Shown: positions 55,274-64,000 of the stretch, piece by piece
Position numbering within the stretch: the stretch's first letter is position 1
Layout: every line of letters starts with the position of its first letter
Source: a virus
Lineage: Duplodnaviria; Caudoviricetes
Virus record (IMG/VR): IMGVR_UViG_3300028920_000023
DNA length: 64,000 nt
Direction: 5' to 3' (one strand)
Notes under the pieces: model-generated
The model's input: the letters and a program-made list of their open reading frames with translations, nothing else
Database searches by the model: none
What the model was told of the DNA's origin: nothing
Translations under genes and position numbers: made by a program

Positions 55274-55288
55274 CTATTTTATTTTTGA
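55274..55288 (-). promoter_or_regulatory. candidate promoter motif TCAAAAATAAAATAG
   Basis: Intergenic, upstream of the uvsY-like/SSB operon. Confidence 0.45.
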
Positions 55289-56422
55289 CTATCTACACGT
55301 CCGAACCTTAACCCAATCTTTCCAATGCCCACCAATACTTATCGTAAAAGGCATCCTAATATCAACCAAACCTTCAAGAGGCGAAATCATAATCTTACCA
55401 ACCTCATCTATAATATTACACACAACACGCTCCGGGCAACATAAAATCAAAGCATCATGAACCTCAGTTAGAATATACTCTGGATATTTATCAAAGACCC
55501 TAGACAAAACTGACTGCATAGCATGCACCACACTACCCTGAAATTGAGCATTAAACACACTCAATTCCCTATTATCACCCAAAACGAATTCTCTACCTAA
55601 GATCGTATCAACTTTATCATACATCCGCAATTCCTCCCTACGAGACTCCATCCAAGAACGAAAACCCGGAAATATAGAAAAAATATCATTATCGAAATTC
55701 ATAGCATACAAAGACCTAATAAAAGAATTCTTACAAACATCCCTCCCCAAACCAGTCTGATCCGAAATAACAGTATACGGATCAGACTCCGTAAAAGACC
55801 TAAGTAACTTCTTATCCCCAGACATATGCGCAGCCATACAAATATCAGCAGAAATCCAATCAAAACAAATAAAAAACTCATGATTATCATTAACTGATCT
55901 TATATTATCATCAGAAGTAGTCCCCTGGATATTAAAACCAGTTGTCTTAGACCTACCCGTCAAGGTCTGTAGACTATATCTAGGAAACTCCTTACGATAA
56001 CCGCAAAAAACACCCCTAGAATGCAACACCGAATATACAAGAGAAGCACTCGAGACAAGCCGACGCCACTGCTGAGAATAATCATCATCAATCAACTCGT
56101 CAATAATAGAACACAACGCCCTCTTGCATCTACCAAGATCATTCGTAGACAACTTAATCTCAGGAATACAATAATCATAAACATCATACGAATCACGAAT
56201 ATCTAAATCGAAAGCCTGGATATGCGAAAGAAAATCATTGCAACAAACATTATCCCGTGAAAATAACTTCTTGAACTTATTAATATTATCCTCTATCTGA
56301 TTTATAGTAAGGCCAGTATTGGGAAAATAGAAAGTATAGAACTCTATATCCTCATCATCCACTACCAAAGAAAGTAACGGAATTGGCGTCCTTTTATAAC
56401 TAAATAATGTAAGTACATTCAC
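55289..56422 (-). CDS. minimal family A DNA polymerase (palm/fingers only)
   Basis: TGR...NIQG, motif A CFDWISAD, D.Y, motif B-like R..CK, N..FQGS, motif C VHDAL. Confidence 0.75.
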   Translation of the reverse strand: MNVLTLFSYKRTPIPLLSLVVDDEDIEFYTFYFPNTGLTINQIEDNINKFKKLFSRDNVCCNDFLSHIQAFDLDIRDSYDVYDYCIPEIKLSTNDLGRCKRALCSIIDELIDDDYSQQWRRLVSSASLVYSVLHSRGVFCGYRKEFPRYSLQTLTGRSKTTGFNIQGTTSDDNIRSVNDNHEFFICFDWISADICMAAHMSGDKKLLRSFTESDPYTVISDQTGLGRDVCKNSFIRSLYAMNFDNDIFSIFPGFRSWMESRREELRMYDKVDTILGREFVLGDNRELSVFNAQFQGSVVHAMQSVLSRVFDKYPEYILTEVHDALILCCPERVVCNIIDEVGKIMISPLEGLVDIRMPFTISIGGHWKDWVKVRTCR

Positions 56423-56775
56423 TTCTTGCTCTTCTTGGTACTCATGTTAAACGTCTTAGGATTCTTTTGACGTTTACCACTATCTCTGAGAGTTTTAGCA
56501 ATATGATCAACCTCACCAGATTGACGCATGCCAGCATAAGGGTCATCATTCAATAACTTATATCTATGCATATCCGCACGACGTCCCTTAACATCTAGAT
56601 AACCATTGCCCCTTACATACGCCTCCGGCGAGGTCGTAATCGCTATCGCGGTGTTCTTACTGGAACACTCCGGGCATAGAATCTCTGGTTTCTCTTTCAT
56701 GGAATGTTCTACTTCCCAAAGTGCATCGCAATCTTTGCAATAATAATCATATCTCATTTTAATCGCCTCGCCCAA
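56419..56775 (-). CDS. FmdB-family zinc-ribbon protein
   Basis: RYDYYCKDC..WEV.HSM.....CPECSS. Confidence 0.75.
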   Translation of the reverse strand: MGEAIKMRYDYYCKDCDALWEVEHSMKEKPEILCPECSSKNTAIAITTSPEAYVRGNGYLDVKGRRADMHRYKLLNDDPYAGMRQSGEVDHIAKTLRDSGKRQKNPKTFNMSTKKSKK

Positions 56776-57170
56776 GTGTAAGACAAATGAACCACCACAA
56801 CCGAAATATTTACAGTTCTACCAAGCCCTTCCTTAGCACTCTCAATCTTAGCATTCTGTAAAAACCACTGCTGAACATTCTTATCTCCGCAAATTGCACC
56901 TATAATAATGTCCGTCTCCTTACCAGAATTCAACCAAACAGACATCGTCTCTACCATCCTAGTCGGAAATTCCATAGCAATTCTATGCCAAAAATGCTTA
57001 TTCTTCTTCAATACCTTCTTACCCTTAACTTCTTCCTCTATAATCTTAAACTCATATCTAGGCCAATCCACATAATACAACAATTGACGCTCAGACCCCA
57101 CCTGGGCATAATACGTCATATTCGGTTTAAGATTCATTTCTGAGATTTTTCTTTTTTCTTTTTCTTCCAA
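56754..57170 (-). CDS. hypothetical protein
   Basis: 138 aa. Confidence 0.55.
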   Translation of the reverse strand: MEEKEKRKISEMNLKPNMTYYAQVGSERQLLYYVDWPRYEFKIIEEEVKGKKVLKKNKHFWHRIAMEFPTRMVETMSVWLNSGKETDIIIGAICGDKNVQQWFLQNAKIESAKEGLGRTVNISVVVVHLSYTWARRLK

Positions 57171-58546
57171 GCCTCTCTAGCATCATCAGTAAGCCAATCA
57201 CCCTCTGTCATCTTCATCTTCTCATAATTAATATAAGTCTCAATCTCCTTGAATTTCGGACCATTCCTATTCTTAGCAATATACAACCTAGCTCTAGCTC
57301 TAGTTACCGGAGCATCCTCAGCATCATGCTCCTTACCACTATCATACTCAGCTCTAGTCTGATTAATTGTAACAACATAACTCAGAGGCATATTCTTACC
57401 ATAACTCTCAGCAGTTTTATTGAGATCAATAACCTTATCCTTAACACTATCAGCATTATTAACATCCGTACCAGAACGATTCGTCTGACTGGCAGTAAAA
57501 ATCACAATATTTTCTTTAGAAGCCAAATTACAAATCTCAGTACTGACCTTCTTCTGCCTCTCATACTCATTATCTGTCTTGCTCCTAGGAACCATAAGCT
57601 CCAAATAATCAATAATTAAAACACTAACCCTCTTACCACTACACCTCTTAACATGATCAAGCAAACTACGTAACGTATCAATCGAAACCTCATCAGGAGG
57701 ATAAGCGGCAAGAATAATATCACCACCAGAATCAACCTTCTGCCTACGCAATTGCCTAGTAATAACATCCTTATTCTTATGCCTATCACGAATAATCTGA
57801 TTAGTTAAAGGACCCAAATAACGTTGACCAGTCTTCTCGCTAGTCATCTCCAAAGTCACATGTAAAACCAACTCCCCACGAACACAATTAGCAGCGCCAG
57901 TATTCACCAAAGCAATACTCTTACCAACACCAGTCGGAGCCATAAAACAAAAAACATCACCACGAATAACACCACCCTCATTAATAGCCTGATCTAATTT
58001 CTCAAACCCAGTTGTGTACCTCTTATCCTTATCCTCAGCAAACAATCTCTCATAATCATCATGCAACCACAGCAAATCAGTATTAAACTCAGTAATATTC
58101 CTAGCCTCTTCTATAATATTATCTAAATAATCATAATTGCCATTCTGATGTTGCTCCATAGCCTCCTCATCATAAAGCCTATCGTATTGCCTCTTCTTAG
58201 CCCATTCCACCAAATTCTCTTTGATAGCTGGCACATCACGAGGATCAGATTCCTCATTAATAATCCTAAGAATCTCCGAATGCGGATCATCAGCGGTAAG
58301 ATGCTTCTTAGCTAAAGACTCGCACAACTTCCTAGACATTATAATGCCTTTTTCATCATAATAAGCCTTAATTATATTAAAAACATAAAAAGTCTCATGC
58401 TTCTTAAAATAATCAGTATCTAACCTAGGAATAATAGAAGACATAAAAGCAGGCTCATCAAACATGAGCTTAACAATATTCTCTTCCTCATACTCATCAA
58501 ACTCAGGAGTCACCTCAACAAGATCATCCTTAGGCTTCATTATCAA
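57134..58546 (-). CDS. replicative helicase (DnaB/T4 gp41-like)
   Basis: TGFEKLD..GG, APTGVGKS, LEM, IIDYLEL, TASQTNRSG, IAKNRNGP. Confidence 0.92.
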   Translation of the reverse strand: MIMKPKDDLVEVTPEFDEYEEENIVKLMFDEPAFMSSIIPRLDTDYFKKHETFYVFNIIKAYYDEKGIIMSRKLCESLAKKHLTADDPHSEILRIINEESDPRDVPAIKENLVEWAKKRQYDRLYDEEAMEQHQNGNYDYLDNIIEEARNITEFNTDLLWLHDDYERLFAEDKDKRYTTGFEKLDQAINEGGVIRGDVFCFMAPTGVGKSIALVNTGAANCVRGELVLHVTLEMTSEKTGQRYLGPLTNQIIRDRHKNKDVITRQLRRQKVDSGGDIILAAYPPDEVSIDTLRSLLDHVKRCSGKRVSVLIIDYLELMVPRSKTDNEYERQKKVSTEICNLASKENIVIFTASQTNRSGTDVNNADSVKDKVIDLNKTAESYGKNMPLSYVVTINQTRAEYDSGKEHDAEDAPVTRARARLYIAKNRNGPKFKEIETYINYEKMKMTEGDWLTDDAREAWKKKKKEKSQK

Positions 58547-59268
58547 TCCCCTTCGGTTCCCCCACAGAAAGTAGTTCTTCTGCGGGCATTATTCTGCAGA
58601 GCTGTAGAAAGGAAAGACTCACACAACGGTAGAACCTCGCACAACGTCAATAAAGAAGACTCAACCTTACCGAACGTATGCCCACGCAAAATCTCATTAC
58701 GATCACCAACAACCATATTCTTCTCAGGCCTAGTGTGAATATCAAAATTATAAAACCATTCGTTCGCATCCTTAGACCATTTAAAATTAGATACCCTATA
58801 AGCCTCAAGTCTACCCAAACTCTCCGCGCTCTCCCTCAGATAGACAACACTATTAACACCATATCTTGGCCTTGGAGGATAGACCAGGCCCCTGTCCGTA
58901 CTGACCGGTTGAGCGCCAGGATCATCTTCAACTTCATTACATAACATGTCAATCTTGCTGCGTATATCATCAAGCTCCTTAGCCAAAATTACGGCTTGGG
59001 ACTCCAGGGCTTCACAAAGAGTAACAAGACTACTCTCCATGACGGAGGCCGGCATCAACCTCTTACGTACGGGTTTTACAGTTCCATTAAAGTTCCGACT
59101 AAATTCACGATACATGTCATAGACATAAAAACCACGAGGATCAAAACGCACATCCGCAACACCGAGAGGTTCAACAAACCCCTTAGCAGCAGAAGCCTTC
59201 AAATAAGCAACCTCCCCGATAGCAAACCGGGGAGTCTGTGGCCTGATGATCGTCCTATCCTTAGACAT
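58543..59268 (-). CDS. hypothetical protein with two internal repeats
   Basis: PRFAIGEVAYL...ESSLVTLCE and PRYGVNSVVYL...ESSLLTLCE. Confidence 0.65.
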   Translation of the reverse strand: MSKDRTIIRPQTPRFAIGEVAYLKASAAKGFVEPLGVADVRFDPRGFYVYDMYREFSRNFNGTVKPVRKRLMPASVMESSLVTLCEALESQAVILAKELDDIRSKIDMLCNEVEDDPGAQPVSTDRGLVYPPRPRYGVNSVVYLRESAESLGRLEAYRVSNFKWSKDANEWFYNFDIHTRPEKNMVVGDRNEILRGHTFGKVESSLLTLCEVLPLCESFLSTALQNNARRRTTFCGGTEGD

Positions 59269-59272
59269 ATTA

Positions 59273-60334
59273 TCATTCCTCTTGTTCTGTCTCCTTTATA
59301 TCTTCGCTGCCAGCGATATCCAACACAATAGGACGAATCTTAGAATCAATATCATCTGCAAGTTTCTTATTTTCCTTAAGATACAAAACAGCCTCCCTCA
59401 AACCATTAGCAAAATTCTCACCACCATACTCATACCATGAACCAGCCTTCTTAATGATTTTATACTTGACAGCCAAATTAAGCAAATCAGCCTCTCTACT
59501 GATACCCTCACCAAAATAAATCAAAAAAGAAGCATCTAGAAAAGGAGGAGCAACCTTATTCTTAATAATCTTAGCTACCGTTTTATTCGCAATAGCCTTG
59601 CGATTCTTCGACTGTGCAGCACCCTCAAACTCAGAACCAATCCTCTTAATCTCAATACGCACAGAAGCATGAAACTTCAGAGCTCTGCCACCAGGAGTAG
59701 TAGTTGTCTTCATCCCAGGCATACCACCAATATTATCTCGAATCTGATTGATGAATATTAAAGCCGTACTGTATTCGTTAGCTATGCTCTTAAACTTCCT
59801 CATAGCCTGGCCCATAAGTCTAGCTTGAGCACCAACATTATGATCACCAATCTCACCATCTAATTCACATTGTGGTGTAAGAGCCGCAACCGAATCCGTA
59901 ATAATGACAGAAAACAATCCAGAACGAACCAAACGATCAACCAAATTCAAAGCCTCCTCAGCGCTATTCGGCTGAGAAAACAAAAGATTATCCATATCAA
60001 CACCAATATTCCTGGCATAAAAAGGATCTATAGCATGCTCAACATCTATAAAAGCAACCTTCTTATCCTTGAAATTTTTCTGAGCTTCTGCCGCAACGTG
60101 CAAACTTAATGTCGTCTTTCCACTACTCTCAGGACCGAAAATCTCTATTATACGGCCTATCGGAACACCACCAACACCAAGTGCAGCATCCAAACTCAAA
60201 CACGAAGTAGAAATAGCCTTACATTTCACAATACCGCCCGTGAACCCCACACGAACAGCACCCGAACCCAAATCCTTCTCAATCCCCTCAACAAGATCAT
60301 TGAACATCTCTTCATTTGTCTTCTTTTTGGCCAT
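59273..60334 (-). CDS. recA: RecA recombinase
   Basis: GRIIEIFGPESSGKTT, IDVEHAID, DSVAAL, ARLMGQAMRK, IFINQIR, TTPGGRALKF, KNKVAPPF; start at MAKKK (60334). Confidence 0.97.
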   Translation of the reverse strand: MAKKKTNEEMFNDLVEGIEKDLGSGAVRVGFTGGIVKCKAISTSCLSLDAALGVGGVPIGRIIEIFGPESSGKTTLSLHVAAEAQKNFKDKKVAFIDVEHAIDPFYARNIGVDMDNLLFSQPNSAEEALNLVDRLVRSGLFSVIITDSVAALTPQCELDGEIGDHNVGAQARLMGQAMRKFKSIANEYSTALIFINQIRDNIGGMPGMKTTTTPGGRALKFHASVRIEIKRIGSEFEGAAQSKNRKAIANKTVAKIIKNKVAPPFLDASFLIYFGEGISREADLLNLAVKYKIIKKAGSWYEYGGENFANGLREAVLYLKENKKLADDIDSKIRPIVLDIAGSEDIKETEQEE

Positions 60335-60617
60335 GCCTAAATCTCCTAATCTTACCAAGATCAGATTTAAACTTAATGCCCTTCAAAGCATCAAGCCCAA
60401 CCTGCAAATTATAATCAGCAACCTTAACAACATCATCCCCAGGGACTTGTATCGTAGTTCCCTCTTTACAACACACAAGAAAATTCGTATCCGCCACACG
60501 AGCTACAACAATCCAATTGCCATCTGGAGACGCAGGCCTACCAGCAGGGCCAGAAAGGTAAGAAACATGCTTCGCAGTACGAAGCTTAACTAAATCAAAT
60601 CTTCCAATCATGATCAA
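60312..60617 (-). CDS. hypothetical protein
   Basis: 101 aa overlapping the recA start. Confidence 0.5.
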   Translation of the reverse strand: MIMIGRFDLVKLRTAKHVSYLSGPAGRPASPDGNWIVVARVADTNFLVCCKEGTTIQVPGDDVVKVADYNLQVGLDALKGIKFKSDLGKIRRFRHGQKEDK

Positions 60618-60645
60618 AAATATCTACAGACGCGGAGAATACAAA

Positions 60646-61131
60646 ATGAAGCAAATAGAAAAACAAATTATAGAAGGTATATCGAACCTCTTCGACAACT
60701 CAAGAAGCAAACTAGGAATAGTCAAAACAGACCACAAAGAAACCTCCCACGGATTCGAACACCAATGGCACAACATAGAATACGCCTATGCCCTAGAACT
60801 AACCGAATCCGCATTCTATGAAAGCCTGACCTCCGCATTCAGAGACATCCACAGCTACAAATACCTAGACGATCCAACCTTCCCAATAGCACTAGAAAAA
60901 AGACTAACAGCTATAGGAATACCCACAGAAGAACGCAAAAAAGCACTAGAAGCAATAGAGAAAATAAAAGAAGAATTCAAAAAAGAAGACTTCGAAGAAA
61001 AAGAAGCAGGCTGGAACATCAACATAAACGACATCGCAGACATGACAAGAAACGCAAACAACAGAAAAGCAGAAAACACCAAACCCTTCACAGGTGGTGG
61101 GCCAGCCCCAGACAACAATGAAATTGGATAA
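60646..61131 (+). CDS. hypothetical protein
   Basis: GGAG SD before the ATG at 60646; strongly A/C codons. Confidence 0.6.
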   Translation: MKQIEKQIIEGISNLFDNSRSKLGIVKTDHKETSHGFEHQWHNIEYAYALELTESAFYESLTSAFRDIHSYKYLDDPTFPIALEKRLTAIGIPTEERKKALEAIEKIKEEFKKEDFEEKEAGWNININDIADMTRNANNRKAENTKPFTGGGPAPDNNEIG

Positions 61132-61360
61132 CCTCCACAAAGCTCCTATAGAAATGGACATGGAAACAAGCACAACACTAAAACCACTGTCCAAAAAACA
61201 ACAATATATCAACAAAGACATCTCTATGAACACCACATCACCATCAAGACCTACCCCCAGCGCAGGCGGACCATATCAAGGAGGACATTACGACGCCTAC
61301 ATAGAAGGAAAACCCAGATATAAGAAATACTTCGGTGGCTCCTTCATGAAAGCAATATAA
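61094..61360 (+). CDS. hypothetical protein
   Basis: Likely internal start near 61154. Confidence 0.45.
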   Translation: MVGQPQTTMKLDNLHKAPIEMDMETSTTLKPLSKKQQYINKDISMNTTSPSRPTPSAGGPYQGGHYDAYIEGKPRYKKYFGGSFMKAI

Positions 61361-61803
61361 TGTCCTGTAACTGCCCAACAGAACAAACATTCCCACAAGA
61401 ACAAAAACAATTCAGCCTCACAAACCGTATAGAAATAGCCAAAATAGACCAAATCTGCAATACAAACAGAAATAAATTCGACATGCTCAGATTTAATCTA
61501 AACAAAACAATAAAACAGTCAGTAATAACATTAGGAATAAAACAATCCGAATACGACGTATACCTAGTTTACGAGATACAAAACGGCAGATTCGACCTAC
61601 ATCAAAAATCATTCTCTGACTATATAGAAAGAAAAAGTATCTACTTCTTCGTTAACAAAGCAATATCAAAACCACTAAAATACCTAAACACCAAATTGTA
61701 TGACCTATGGAGAACAAAAAGCGGAAATATAGGAACTAGTACAACACCCTTCCCAATACCAACAATAAGATTCCCACTAATAATGCCATCTAGAGAGCTC
61801 TAG
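61360..61803 (+). CDS. hypothetical protein
   Basis: TAATG coupling to the previous ORF. Confidence 0.55.
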   Translation: MSCNCPTEQTFPQEQKQFSLTNRIEIAKIDQICNTNRNKFDMLRFNLNKTIKQSVITLGIKQSEYDVYLVYEIQNGRFDLHQKSFSDYIERKSIYFFVNKAISKPLKYLNTKLYDLWRTKSGNIGTSTTPFPIPTIRFPLIMPSREL

Positions 61804-62455
61804 GCTTACAATCCAACGGAACAGCCGTACTCTTGCCGGCAGCTTTAAGCTTCTCCAAATATTCATTATTGTCACTAACACGTGGAACCATAGTCATATC
61901 CTTAATCTCAACCTCAATACCTCTCTTGCTTCTACTACTAGCAAACTTCTCCATCCTACTCCTCAACTCCGGCTTACAATACCTAACCGTCCTAGTCCCC
62001 GTCTTCGGATCCTTCTCTATGACCCTAATACACTTAACCGAGGCACCACCAGGACCCTTAGGCCTACCCAACTTAGGATCATACGGAGCACTACTACCAG
62101 TAAGTTCCACCTTACCATCATCATAAACATAGCCAACTAACTCAAATTTATTATCCGTACCAAGACTAAACATCGGTCTTCTAGATTTTACTGGCGAGTC
62201 CCTCACAACAGCACCAGACGAATCTACCTCGCCACTCGGAATATATTCTAACGGAACGGAACCACCGAGATAAAACATCTGTCCCTTATAGACAGTAGGT
62301 TCCAAGCCTTGTTTCGTGCTTGGTAAAGGCATCTTCTTTACGCCAGGCGGAAGATGACCGACATCACCTGCCTCAATCAATAGACCGTTATTTAGAGAGA
62401 GATCCTCGGATATCAGGTTAGCTATCTCTTTCGGCGTAAGCACACGCGAAGACAT
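61790..62455 (-). CDS. hypothetical protein
   Basis: 221 aa, GGAGG SD. Confidence 0.6.
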   Translation of the reverse strand: MSSRVLTPKEIANLISEDLSLNNGLLIEAGDVGHLPPGVKKMPLPSTKQGLEPTVYKGQMFYLGGSVPLEYIPSGEVDSSGAVVRDSPVKSRRPMFSLGTDNKFELVGYVYDDGKVELTGSSAPYDPKLGRPKGPGGASVKCIRVIEKDPKTGTRTVRYCKPELRSRMEKFASSRSKRGIEVEIKDMTMVPRVSDNNEYLEKLKAAGKSTAVPLDCKPRAL

Positions 62456-62477
62456 TTATAATCCTCCAAATCAGTTA

Positions 62478-63260
62478 TCATATATTTGATATAACCCCAA
62501 TACCCTGACATTTCGGACACTTCGTATTCTCCCCCCTGACTTTCCTAATACTAGTTCCTTTGCACAATGGGCAGACACGCATACCATAATTCTGCATCTT
62601 ATGGCTAGAGCCCTCACTTGCCATATTCATGGCCTGTTGTCTTTGTTTAATCAGGGAGTCATCAGTCTCTACAATAATTATATCAGTCTTACCACCGGCA
62701 TTATCCCTAATATGAGAAGGAATCTCAATCTGTCTACCGGACTTACTACTGTACCTCCCAGTCTTAGTAACCTGAGCCCTTATCTTCTTAATACTAGCAT
62801 CTGTATTATGCTTAAGTTCTTCACTAACAATAGAATCTGGATCAATACTCTCACCGGCATCAATCTTTACACCATCAACAACACCACTAATAGACTTAGC
62901 TTTCATAACCTTTTTCGGTGATGACTTAATAACCTTGCTCCTGCGTTTTGGCACGTCCTCTTGTTCTGGTTCTGGTTCCGGCTCCGGATCTGGTATCTCC
63001 TCCGTCTTGGTAGATTCTACAACCGTAATAACCCCACCCTGGGACACGGACATACCCGCATTCCTCAGAACAATTAAAGCCTTTTCAACCTCCTCCAATT
63101 TTTTCTCTATTAACTCACGAACATTTTTTGGCGAAGTTTCTTCGTGGTCATCACATAACGCCACCGGATAAATATTTCCAGAATGTTTTAATTGGATAAC
63201 AGTGTTTAGTTTGGATGAATCACTACACCCACATACGATACAACACTTGTCGAATTTCAT
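62478..63260 (-). CDS. hypothetical protein with N- and C-terminal Zn-binding motifs
   Basis: CCIVCG..CDDH; CPLCKG..CPKCQG.G (DnaJ-like Zn repeat); GGAGG SD. Confidence 0.65.
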   Translation of the reverse strand: MKFDKCCIVCGCSDSSKLNTVIQLKHSGNIYPVALCDDHEETSPKNVRELIEKKLEEVEKALIVLRNAGMSVSQGGVITVVESTKTEEIPDPEPEPEPEQEDVPKRRSKVIKSSPKKVMKAKSISGVVDGVKIDAGESIDPDSIVSEELKHNTDASIKKIRAQVTKTGRYSSKSGRQIEIPSHIRDNAGGKTDIIIVETDDSLIKQRQQAMNMASEGSSHKMQNYGMRVCPLCKGTSIRKVRGENTKCPKCQGIGVISNI

Positions 63261-63290
63261 GAATCGATCCTCCTAAGGTTAGGTACTCTC

Positions 63291-63674
63291 ATGAAAAAGA
63301 AAATGCAGATAATCACGCTAGACCTCGGCCTAACCGATACAAGTATCCCCGACAAAGACGAAAAAACAACAAAAAACATCGACGAAGCAATAAAGGAAGC
63401 CAAAACACAAAAAGAACTAATAGAAAAAGGAAAAAAGAAACGAGCAGAAGTACACATAGACAAAGCATTCCAACTACTCATGGAGGCCACCAACGAAGGA
63501 CTAGAAGTACCCACAGAGGATCTGATGGAAATAAGTAAAGCCAAAACATCATCAAGCCTAATATTAAGATTAAAAAACAAAATAAAACAAGAAGGAGCAC
63601 ATTGGGAAATAAAGAAAAGAAAATCAAAAGGAATCACATATTACTCACTTAAACCTTCCACTATAACCGAGTAA
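63291..63674 (+). CDS. hypothetical protein (possible winged-helix)
   Basis: 127 aa, divergent; C-terminal LILRLKNKI...IKKRK.KG..YYSL. Confidence 0.55.
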   Translation: MKKKMQIITLDLGLTDTSIPDKDEKTTKNIDEAIKEAKTQKELIEKGKKKRAEVHIDKAFQLLMEATNEGLEVPTEDLMEISKAKTSSSLILRLKNKIKQEGAHWEIKKRKSKGITYYSLKPSTITE

Positions 63675-64000
63675 CCTCTTAATACAAGAAGAAATATTCC
63701 TAAAATCATCCCACTCAGCATTGCTACCAACACAGAAAATATTATAAGAATCCAATAACGAAGAATCCGGAGGATCTCCCAAAGGAAAACACTCCTTAAT
63801 CCTCCTAGCCTCCATAAGATCAAAATTATACCCAATAAACTGACCAAAATAAGACAAAGGATTATCTAAAGGCTCGAAAGTACAAAAAATATAATCATTC
63901 GCAGAAATCTTATAAACCTTATAAAAAGCAATATTAGAATCACAAACCAAACTAGTCTCAGCACCCTCCAAATCAACCTTATCAGACCTAATCCAATAAA
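63645..64000 (-). CDS. partial hypothetical protein entering from the right edge
   Basis: Open minus frame with typical codon bias ending at 63645. Confidence 0.5.
   Translation of the reverse strand, partial: YWIRSDKVDLEGAETSLVCDSNIAFYKVYKISANDYIFCTFEPLDNPLSYFGQFIGYNFDLMEARRIKECFPLGDPPDSSLLDSYNIFCVGSNAEWDDFRNISSCIKRLLGYSGRFK

Noticed and set aside
1-64000. Stop-codon reassignment (TAG/TGA recoding) as in some large phages
   Set aside because: Conserved genes (recA, nrdJ, sheath, helicase) are intact under code 11, and TAA, TAG and TGA all end genes at sensible positions.
1-64000. CRISPR array, DGR (TR/VR + reverse transcriptase), group I/II intron, integrase
   Set aside because: No regularly spaced repeats, no RT motifs, no interrupted conserved genes other than inteins, and no recombinase motifs were seen.

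Overview
This 64-kb window comes from a large T4-like/jumbo myophage genome, with almost all genes on the minus strand. It contains no capsid, terminase, integrase, CRISPR or rRNA genes. Roughly 1-37 kb is a morphogenesis region: a tail-assembly chaperone, two tail tubes, sheath, tail completion and neck proteins, a fibre with an S74 chaperone domain, a baseplate module (J/gp6, gp25, gp5, gp53, hub) and the tape measure. Accessory genes are interspersed there: a family-4 UDG, an SplB-like radical SAM protein, CYTH, NYN, and two endonuclease-Mom-like acetyltransferase fusions. Roughly 37-60 kb is replication and recombination: primase, class II RNR with a mini-intein, glycosyltransferase, Holliday junction resolvase, 5'-3' exonuclease, gp32-like SSB, UvsY-like protein, a minimal PolA, DnaB-like helicase and RecA. 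A UvsW-like helicase runs off the left edge. The best leads the ORF track misses are: (i) a start-less ORF fused by a likely +1 frameshift at TTT_TTT_CGA to the tail-assembly chaperone; (ii) an 18-residue peptide motif shared by the tails of the NYN protein and the SSB; (iii) two mobile-looking nuclease-Mom fusions; (iv) kb-scale reversals of strand codon skew inside single genes; (v) two clusters of SD-led hydrophobic micro-ORFs; (vi) an A34 tRNA-Thr(AGU); and (vii) a mini-intein in a neck protein. All functional calls come from motif recognition by eye; no database searches were run.
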